DNA from: an uncultured Erysipelotrichaceae bacterium
GTDB taxonomy: Bacteria > Bacillota_I > Bacilli_A > Erysipelotrichales > Erysipelotrichaceae
Direction of reading: 5' to 3'
Length of the DNA: 32,000 bases
Assembly (NCBI GenBank): GCA_964401865.1
Contig: CAYNZZ010000012.1
Coordinates: 1,931 to 33,930, forward strand
Each line of letters begins with the position of its first letter. The first letter of the stretch is position 1. The notes under the pieces were generated by a model. The model worked only from the letters and a program-made list of their open reading frames with translations, made no database searches and was not told where the DNA came from. Of this stretch, positions 26,009-32,000 are shown one piece after another. Position numbers and translations under genes: made by a program.

Positions 26009-26150
26009 CCTGATGGGGGGTAATTCCCTGACCCTCCCAGGTGGTTCATCTATACATCCCTTTAGGATCCTCACTTATAGCGAGTCTTCAACACCAGCAT
26101 GTAACACGAATAGAACCATAATAAACATGTAGGAATTAAGAACCATCAGG
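26009..26150 (-). ncRNA. unclassified structured RNA candidate (~142 nt)
   Basis: GC-enriched island in an AT-rich 266-nt gap. Fully nested helices: P1 26143-26150/26009-26016 (8 bp), P2 26131-26138/26021-26028, P3 26125-26129/26098-26102, P4 26092-26097/26037-26043, P5 26080-26084/26070-26074, P6 26065-26068/26056-26059. G-U pairs in P5 and P2 would be A-C mismatches on the plus strand, which favours the minus strand. A TATAAT sits at 26163-26158, 7 nt upstream of P1. I could not match any Rfam family by eye. Confidence 0.55.
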
Positions 26151-26208
26151 CAATATGATTATAATATATAATTTTTTAAATATATAGTCTTGACAAGATA
26201 TTTTAATA

Positions 26209-26766
26209 TTACTTTGCGAAATCCTTCATAATTCCAACATAGATTTCTTTTAATTCTTTAATGGAATCTTCACTTGGATTTCCAGCTACCCAAGAGTTTA
26301 CCACTGAGATATGGCCTTCTTGAGGCACGCCATTAACAATTGAAAACACATGAGGAGTATAAATAGTCTTTTCACCTAATTCATTTGTCCTCAATATCGG
26401 TTCAAGAATATCAACCACTTTTTCAAACGTTTCGCCTTTCAAAGGATATCTTTCACTTGTGCAATCTAAATAATAAACAGTTACGTCGAGTTCTTCAGCA
26501 ACTTCATTTACATATTGAGCTGCTTCTTGGCAAACATCGCAACCTTTATAACCCATAAATATAATTGCAGAATTACCATCTTCAACAACTTTCATCATTT
26601 CATCAGGACTAATTCCTCTAAAATTGTGTTCAGTTGAGCTAAGACCTTTATATCCGCTCATATCCACCGGATAAGATTCAATCTCCTTTACATTTAACTC
26701 CACATTTGACTTTGCACACCCAAACAAAGTGAATAAAACAATTAAATAAAACAGTAATTTTTTCAT
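26209..26766 (-). CDS. thioredoxin-fold lipoprotein with CxxC motif
   Basis: Signal peptide plus lipobox LFGC, then GYKGCDVCQEA (CxxC) in a thioredoxin-like context. The ATG overlaps the pfkB stop (ATGA). GGAGG RBS. Confidence 0.7.
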   Translation of the reverse strand: MKKLLFYLIVLFTLFGCAKSNVELNVKEIESYPVDMSGYKGLSSTEHNFRGISPDEMMKVVEDGNSAIIFMGYKGCDVCQEAAQYVNEVAEELDVTVYYLDCTSERYPLKGETFEKVVDILEPILRTNELGEKTIYTPHVFSIVNGVPQEGHISVVNSWVAGNPSEDSIKELKEIYVGIMKDFAK

Positions 26767-27668
26767 CCTTTAAAACCTCCGACATTTAACCTATTGAAAT
26801 TTTCTTCTGTAGCTTCTCTTGTAGCTAAATTACCCGTAAGAACTGTCGCGACACTCGCAGCATTGGCATATCTGAATGCTTCAATCGGTGAAGCACCTTT
26901 TTGAATAGCATATAAATAACCAGCAACCATGCTGTCAGCCATCCCAGCGGTATTAGCCTTATCTTTTTCATCGTGTAAGCATTGATATAAACCTTCACTA
27001 CATGCAAATATCGAACCGAACTCACCAACAGGCACTATTAAATTATTAATACCATTTGCAACTAAATACTTCATCGTTTCAGCTTTATCCTTGTTTTTTC
27101 CAAGCTTAAGCAAATCATCCTCGTTTAAACGCACAAGATATGGTCTATATTTCAAACAATTCTCAACCAATTCCACGCTTGTATCTAACACTATCTTTAT
27201 ACCATTACTTGATAAATCACAAATCAAATCAACCATTTTATCAAATATTTCAGTCTGAACATTACCGCTCAATACAAAAATATCATTCGGATAGATACGA
27301 TATAATCGCTTCCTAAAACGATCGAATTCTTCTTCGCTGATGTGTGGGCCTTTCGCATTGATATCAATAGCCTCATTAGCGAATATCTTTAAATTAATAC
27401 GTGTATTATCTTTAATACTGGTAAAAAGTGGTTCAATATAAGAATATTTCTTAATAAAAGACAGATAATAATCTTTAGTAAAGCCACCAAGAAAACCAAG
27501 CGCAACATTTGGAATCATTAAATTGTTTAAAACGATCGATACATTCACTCCTTTTCCACCTGCATCATAATCTTCTTTTAAAGCACGGTTAATGGTTCCG
27601 CCTTGTATATTAGAATCAAATGTTAAATAATAATCCAAAGATGGATTAACTGTACATGTATAAATCAT
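26763..27668 (-). CDS. PfkB-family sugar-phosphate kinase (1-phosphofructokinase / tagatose-6-phosphate kinase type)
   Basis: N-terminus MIYTCTVNPSLDYY typical of FruK/LacC, DAGGKGVNVS, and a C-terminal anion-hole region NTAGMADSMVAGY (variant of GAGD). Confidence 0.85.
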   Translation of the reverse strand: MIYTCTVNPSLDYYLTFDSNIQGGTINRALKEDYDAGGKGVNVSIVLNNLMIPNVALGFLGGFTKDYYLSFIKKYSYIEPLFTSIKDNTRINLKIFANEAIDINAKGPHISEEEFDRFRKRLYRIYPNDIFVLSGNVQTEIFDKMVDLICDLSSNGIKIVLDTSVELVENCLKYRPYLVRLNEDDLLKLGKNKDKAETMKYLVANGINNLIVPVGEFGSIFACSEGLYQCLHDEKDKANTAGMADSMVAGYLYAIQKGASPIEAFRYANAASVATVLTGNLATREATEENFNRLNVGGFKG

Positions 27669-27674
27669 AGCTAT

Positions 27675-27685
27675 ATTTTATACCA
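27675..27685 (-). promoter_or_regulatory. extended -10 element placed for a leaderless pfkB transcript
   Basis: Minus strand TGGTATAAAAT. The hexamer is TATAAA or TAAAAT, 6-8 nt from the ATG, with no Shine-Dalgarno. Confidence 0.4.
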
Positions 27686-27715
27686 ATATACTTTTTTATA
27701 AAAGCGTAACATAAA

Positions 27716-27724
27716 TGATATAAT
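27716..27724 (+). promoter_or_regulatory. extended -10 element placed for a leaderless GT39 transcript
   Basis: TGATATAAT, then 7 nt (TTGGTTT), then ATG at 27732. No Shine-Dalgarno. Confidence 0.45.
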
Positions 27725-27731
27725 TTGGTTT

Positions 27732-29543
27732 ATGGAAGAATTAAGCTTATTTTTATTTGCAAATAAAGAATTATTAAACATAGTTTTTATCTCTGCTATC
27801 CTAATTTTAGGACTCTATCTATTGCTTTATAAACATCTTAAAAAACATTTTTTCATTATCGCTCTCACATGCGTATATGCTGTTTTATCCTTTTATAAAC
27901 TAGGCTCTTTAAAATCTACAAATACTTTTTATGAAGTAACCAAACAAGATTCTTATGTCATTATGGAAATCCTTGATGAAAATAAACAGTTTGATAAAAT
28001 TTACACCACATCACTAGAAGGAATCTCTAATGGTGATGGGCGTTATCAAATTTACTATAACGAAATAATAATTGAAGGAAGTAATGATTTAAATAACTAT
28101 GAATATATCACTATTTTAATTGATAAAGATTTCGGCAAATGGAATGTCTATGAATCCGAAAACATCCTATCGTATAAATATATTAGATTATCTTTTCATA
28201 GTACAAAATCATTGATCAACGAGATTGCTTTATATAATTCAGACCAAAAAGAACTTAAGAAGCTCGAAATTTATGAAGCTAGCGATACTACTTATAACCC
28301 GAATAATCTAATTGACGAAAACGATAGTGTTGAAATAGATTTCGATTATCAAAACGAAACGTTTTTTGATGAAATATATCATGTGCGAAACGCTTATGAA
28401 ATAGTAAATCACTTGCCATTATACACTGCTGTTCATCCACTACTCGGTACTAGATTTATCGCTTTAGGCATCAAACTATTCGGCATGAGTCCATTTGGTT
28501 ACCGTTTTTTCGGTTCGCTTGTATCAGTGCTTTTGATTCCTATTATCTATTATTTAGCTATACTCCTATTTAAAAAGGAAAAATGGGCCAATATAACATC
28601 ACTTTTATTCGCCTTAGACTTTATGCATTTAACAACCGGAAGAATTGCAACTCTTGAACCGTTTACTATCTTATGGATTCTTTTAATGTATATATTTATG
28701 GTTAAATTCGCTCAGACAAATTACCTAGATAAACTTGAAAAAGCGATTTTATATCTGTTTTTATCCGGTTTGATGATGTCGTTTTCTTGGGCTACAAAAT
28801 GGACAGGAATTTATGCGTCAATTGGTTTAGCTCTGCTATTTTTCTATAGTCTTTGTAAACGATTCAGGCAAAGCAAAGATACAAATAAAATCAAAAAGAC
28901 AATTATCATTTTATTACTGTGCATAATATTCTTCGTAATTATTCCGTCTGTCATATATGTCTTATCATATCAAGGCATATACATCTATGATGAATTGCCT
29001 AGTTCAATTCCTGAAGCAATTAAACAAGTCAGCGATTATATAGGATACTCATTTAAATATCATAGCGGATTAGATAGCACGCATCCGTATTCGTCCAAAT
29101 GGTATATGTGGCTTTTTGATATAAGACCAATTTGGTACTATGTCAATCGTTTAGATCAAAATATTCAAACCATTTCTTGTTTCAACAATCCAATAATTTC
29201 TATTGTTGGTGTTTTCACAATGATTTATACAATTTATTCAGCGATTAAAAGAAAAGACGAAACTGCTATTGCTATTTCTTTAGCTTATCTTTCATCATTA
29301 GTCCCTTGGATTTTCATTTCACGAACAACTTTTGCATATCACTACTACCCATGTATTCCTTTTTTAATTCTCGGAATTATATATTACTTTAAAAATAATA
29401 AAAAAGAAAAACTACTTAAAGTTTTTCTTTTAATCGCAATTGTTTTATTCGTACTATTTTTACCAGTAATTACCGGTTTTGAAACTTATACTTTCTATGT
29501 ATCAAAAATTCTAAGATTCTTACCAACTTGGTATTTTGGCTAA
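27732..29543 (+). CDS. GT39 (PMT-type, lipid-carrier dependent) glycosyltransferase with discoidin-like insert
   Basis: Polytopic membrane protein. It carries the PMT loop-1 DE motif FFDEIYHVRNAYE followed by HPLLGT. Residues ~62-205 look like an F5/8 type C domain (YIRLSF...LINEIALYN). Confidence 0.8.
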   Translation: MEELSLFLFANKELLNIVFISAILILGLYLLLYKHLKKHFFIIALTCVYAVLSFYKLGSLKSTNTFYEVTKQDSYVIMEILDENKQFDKIYTTSLEGISNGDGRYQIYYNEIIIEGSNDLNNYEYITILIDKDFGKWNVYESENILSYKYIRLSFHSTKSLINEIALYNSDQKELKKLEIYEASDTTYNPNNLIDENDSVEIDFDYQNETFFDEIYHVRNAYEIVNHLPLYTAVHPLLGTRFIALGIKLFGMSPFGYRFFGSLVSVLLIPIIYYLAILLFKKEKWANITSLLFALDFMHLTTGRIATLEPFTILWILLMYIFMVKFAQTNYLDKLEKAILYLFLSGLMMSFSWATKWTGIYASIGLALLFFYSLCKRFRQSKDTNKIKKTIIILLLCIIFFVIIPSVIYVLSYQGIYIYDELPSSIPEAIKQVSDYIGYSFKYHSGLDSTHPYSSKWYMWLFDIRPIWYYVNRLDQNIQTISCFNNPIISIVGVFTMIYTIYSAIKRKDETAIAISLAYLSSLVPWIFISRTTFAYHYYPCIPFLILGIIYYFKNNKKEKLLKVFLLIAIVLFVLFLPVITGFETYTFYVSKILRFLPTWYFG

Positions 29544-30397
29544 AAATTAGCTTCATCAAGTATTCTTAAAGCCAATTTCTTAGTCATATCACCTACATCA
29601 TTCAACGGATTATATTCAACCAAATCGAATGAAACGATATAATCGCGATACTCTTTAAAAGATATCAGTAAATCTTCATAATCTTTTAAACTGCCACCAT
29701 TCAAAACATCAGTTGAAACACCAGGAGCAATACTTGGATCAAGAAAATCTAAATCGTAACTTAAATGGATTCCGGTAGTGTTTTTATTGGCAATTGCTAT
29801 CGCTTCTTTCATTATCACTGGAATGCCTCTAGATTTGACTTCATCCATTGTATAAATTTTTACATTGGTTTTAGCAAGATTAATATATTCTCCATCGTCA
29901 ATACTCCTAGCACCAATAATGACAGTATTATCTGATTTGATAAAGCTATCTAGATGATAATCAAATAAATCATTTGCACCAAATCCATTTATACAAGCAC
30001 AAGGCAAACCGTGTAAATTACCAGAAGTGGTAGAAGCCATAGTGTGATAATCAGTATGAGCGTCAATCCATATTAGTCCAATTTCACCATTACGGTGTAC
30101 GCTCGATAAAGCACTTGGTATCGCAACGCTGTGATCACCACCGATTAGCGAAACAAATTCACCCTTGTCATAAGTATTCATATGATTATACAAGGTTTTT
30201 AAATAATCATATAATTCATTAAAGTTTTTCTTTAAATCACGCTTATCTAGACTCTTTTTAACATTAGGCATATCAAAATACTTAATATTAACATTTCTAT
30301 CTTTAAACAAAACCCTAGGGCCTTTAGAAGCACCATCAATATGCACACCCAAATCTGAGCATGCGCCTACATAGTTAATTTTCATACTCTCAATCAT
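29540..30397 (-). CDS. rocF: arginase
   Basis: Ureohydrolase Mn-binding motifs GGDHSVAI, DAHTDYHT and SYDLDFLDP, plus the arginase-type SGNLHGLP. Confidence 0.85.
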   Translation of the reverse strand: MIESMKINYVGACSDLGVHIDGASKGPRVLFKDRNVNIKYFDMPNVKKSLDKRDLKKNFNELYDYLKTLYNHMNTYDKGEFVSLIGGDHSVAIPSALSSVHRNGEIGLIWIDAHTDYHTMASTTSGNLHGLPCACINGFGANDLFDYHLDSFIKSDNTVIIGARSIDDGEYINLAKTNVKIYTMDEVKSRGIPVIMKEAIAIANKNTTGIHLSYDLDFLDPSIAPGVSTDVLNGGSLKDYEDLLISFKEYRDYIVSFDLVEYNPLNDVGDMTKKLALRILDEANF

Positions 30398-30438
30398 AAT
30401 CTATAAAGATATTTTTTTCAATATCACATAAAATAATC

Positions 30439-30444
30439 TATAAT
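30439..30444 (+). promoter_or_regulatory. -10 box close to the murE start
   Basis: TATAAT, then 9 nt (AGAAGATGT), then ATG. No clear Shine-Dalgarno. Confidence 0.35.
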
Positions 30445-30453
30445 AGAAGATGT

Positions 30454-31890
30454 ATGAAAAAACTAAGTGAATTATTTCCTGATTATCAAATTGAAAATGA
30501 TGTCGAAATACACGGAATCAAGACATCATCGAACGAAATTGAAAATGGTGATTTATTTTTATGTATTAAAGGATTAAATGCGGATAGACACGATTATATT
30601 GAAGATGCGATAAAAAAAGGAGCAGTAGCATTGGTCGTTTCAAAAGATGTAAAATCATCAATTCCCTGTATCAAAGTCGAAAATACAAACAAAATCATTG
30701 ATGAATTATATAGAACGTTTTACGATAATCCCCAAGAAAAATTAAAAATCATCGGCATAACAGGTACCGACGGAAAAACTTCATCTGCGACAATTATTCA
30801 AACTCTAATAGGAAACGATATATGTGGATATATCGGAACAAATGGCTACGGTTGTAAATCCTTTAACAAAAGTACAAACAATACCACTCCTGATAAAGAT
30901 AAACTATATGGATATTTTGATGAATTTGTAAAAGCAGGATGTAAATATGTCGTAATGGAAACATCGTCCGAAGCGTTTTATTACCATCGATTAGATGGAA
31001 TTAAATTTGAAATATCGGGTATTACAAATATCAGTTCTGAGCATTTAAATACTCATAAAACATTGGATAACTATATCGATTGCAAAAAACAGCTTTTCAG
31101 ACAAACAAAGAAAGATGGTTTTTGTGTATTAAATCTTGATGATCCCCATTTTTGTGATGTACTAGATGTAGTAAATAATAAAGTCACATATGGAAGAAAT
31201 CCAAATTGTGACTTATACATAAAAAAAGAAGAACTATATCCAAACAAATCTGTCATTACTTACGAATATAAAGATAAAGAATATATCATAGATTCACCCC
31301 TTTTAGGTGCATTTAATACTGAAAATTTAGCTTTAGCTTTACTGATATGTTTAAAACTTGGTTTTAATATCAAAGATTTAATAGAGAATATCGCAAATCT
31401 AAATATATCAGGACGTATGGATGTGGTTGATTTAGGGCAAAACTTCTATTGTTTGGTTGATTATGCCCACACGCCTAATGGCATAAGCAAATTACTAGAA
31501 TTCATCAAATCTTTAAGAGTCAACAAATCAATTGTTGTAATTGGACAAGCCGGCGAAAGAGATCCGTATAAAAGACATGATGTTGGAAGAATAGTGGCAG
31601 AATATGCAGATTTAGCGATATTTACATATGAAGATCCAAGGAATGAAGATTTAAAAGAAATATTTAATGATATGACTCAAGATATCAAGGATAGAGATAA
31701 TTATTTAATCATCGAAGATCGTCATGAGGCAATTGTTAAAGCCATTAATTTAGCTAATGAAAACGATATAGTAATGGTATTAGGCAAAGGAAACGAAACA
31801 TACCAGAAAATAAAAAATTCAAAAATTTATTTCAACGATGTCGAAGAAGTAAAAAAAGCGATCAACAATAGATTAAATACCAATAAATAA
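30454..31890 (+). CDS. murE: UDP-N-acetylmuramoyl-L-alanyl-D-glutamate--(2,6-diaminopimelate or L-lysine) ligase MurE
   Basis: Mur ligase P-loop GITGTDGKTS, central and C-terminal Mur domains. EDPR aligns with the DNPR motif of meso-DAP-adding enzymes; this substrate call is tentative. Confidence 0.9.
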   Translation: MKKLSELFPDYQIENDVEIHGIKTSSNEIENGDLFLCIKGLNADRHDYIEDAIKKGAVALVVSKDVKSSIPCIKVENTNKIIDELYRTFYDNPQEKLKIIGITGTDGKTSSATIIQTLIGNDICGYIGTNGYGCKSFNKSTNNTTPDKDKLYGYFDEFVKAGCKYVVMETSSEAFYYHRLDGIKFEISGITNISSEHLNTHKTLDNYIDCKKQLFRQTKKDGFCVLNLDDPHFCDVLDVVNNKVTYGRNPNCDLYIKKEELYPNKSVITYEYKDKEYIIDSPLLGAFNTENLALALLICLKLGFNIKDLIENIANLNISGRMDVVDLGQNFYCLVDYAHTPNGISKLLEFIKSLRVNKSIVVIGQAGERDPYKRHDVGRIVAEYADLAIFTYEDPRNEDLKEIFNDMTQDIKDRDNYLIIEDRHEAIVKAINLANENDIVMVLGKGNETYQKIKNSKIYFNDVEEVKKAINNRLNTNK

Positions 31891-31905
31891 TAAAAACCTA
31901 TATTA

Positions 31906-31949
31906 AAAGTAGACAACGAAAAATATATCATATGTCTACTTTTCTTTTC
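31906..31949 (+). terminator. hairpin terminator after murE
   Basis: AAAAGTAGACA (31906-31916) pairs with TGTCTACTTTT (31933-31943) across a 16-nt loop, then CTTTTCC. Confidence 0.5.
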
Positions 31950-31954
31950 CCCCA

Positions 31955-31985
31955 AAATAAAAAAACCTCACTATTGCTAGTGAGG
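31955..31985 (-). terminator. rho-independent terminator of a minus-strand unit lying beyond the window end
   Basis: CCTCACTA-TTGC-TAGTGAGG (31966-31985). On the minus strand it is followed by UUUUUUUAUUUU. Confidence 0.65.
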
Positions 31986-32000
31986 AATTACCCGGCGATG

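Noticed and set aside
25908-26132. A 74-aa plus-strand ORF spanning the yneF start and most of the RNA candidate.
   Set aside because: It starts antisense inside yneF and has no RBS. Its sequence mixes hydrophobic and polar stretches with no motif. The region is better explained by RNA helices, whose G-U pairs favour the opposite strand.
26009-26150. Possible identity of the RNA candidate as SRP RNA, 6S RNA or a hammerhead ribozyme, prompted by the CUGAUG at the 5' end.
   Set aside because: There is no GGAA-tetraloop/AGCA domain IV signature of SRP RNA. It is too short and lacks the large central bubble expected for 6S. The hammerhead core requires CUGANGA plus GAAA in a three-way junction, and here the sequence is CUGAUGG within a plain helix. 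It remains unclassified.
26188-26198. A perfect 5-1-5 palindrome TCTTGACAAGA, which also contains TTGACA, just after the lipoprotein stop codon.
   Set aside because: The symmetry does not extend beyond 5 bp per arm, and palindromes of this size are expected many times in 32 kb. No -10 box follows the TTGACA at a proper spacing on the plus strand.
26825-27028. A 67-aa same-strand ORF inside pfkB.
   Set aside because: It is out of frame within a well-supported PfkB kinase and has no independent signals.
1029-31256. Twenty short ORFs (60-138 aa) in the supplied track lie antisense to, or nested within, the long conserved genes. Examples are 1029-1325, 1919-2140, 4863-5111, 6184-6390, 7968-8162, 9153-9341, 11587-11772, 14985-15167, 16938-17141, 19375-19590, 20555-20812, 21656-21895, 22348-22545, 23751-24071, 24426-24731 and 31071-31256.
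   Set aside because: All are shadow ORFs opposite strongly supported genes. They have low-complexity Ser/Leu/Ile/Phe-rich translations, no RBS, and no recognisable motifs.
1-32000. A search for CRISPR arrays, IS elements or inverted-repeat-bounded insertions, integrases, tRNA genes and long direct repeats.
   Set aside because: None was seen. Intergenic regions are short and unique, and every long ORF is a recognisable housekeeping or conserved gene.

Overview
Visibly AT-rich chromosomal core region of a low-GC Firmicutes-type bacterium (Bacilli/Erysipelotrichia-like gene order). It uses the standard code, with TGA, TAA and TAG all serving as stops, and is almost fully coding. In coordinate order the window holds: valS with a Val T-box leader; the tig-lon-engB block plus two small unknown genes; a four-gene Hnd/HydABC-type electron-bifurcating [FeFe]-hydrogenase operon; a divergent CofE-like + UPF0371/DUF1846 pair; a nine-gene overlap-coupled operon (yqeG-yqeH-yhbY-yqeK-rsfS-yqeM-mtnN-dnaD-nth); parE-parC; plsY; yneF; a pfkB kinase + thioredoxin-like lipoprotein pair; a GT39 (PMT-type) glycosyltransferase; arginase; and murE. 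I saw no mobile elements, CRISPR arrays, tRNA genes or complete rRNA genes. Worth a second look: (1) an unannotated ~142-nt GC-enriched nested multi-helix RNA candidate on the minus strand at 26009-26150, in the largest unexplained non-coding gap. Its closing helix buries the AUG of a 23-codon hydrophobic sORF, an architecture reminiscent of a type I toxin mRNA. (2) A non-canonical H-cluster motif (TSCSPGW instead of TSCCPxW) in HydA, and a cysteine-less HndB-like subunit. (3) A degenerate NadD-like stub fused to YqeK. (4) A recurring pattern of -10 elements placed 6-9 nt from ATG with no Shine-Dalgarno, suggesting leaderless mRNAs. (5) The conserved-unknown CofE-like/DUF1846 cassette. All protein calls come from reading motifs in the supplied translations; no database search was possible.
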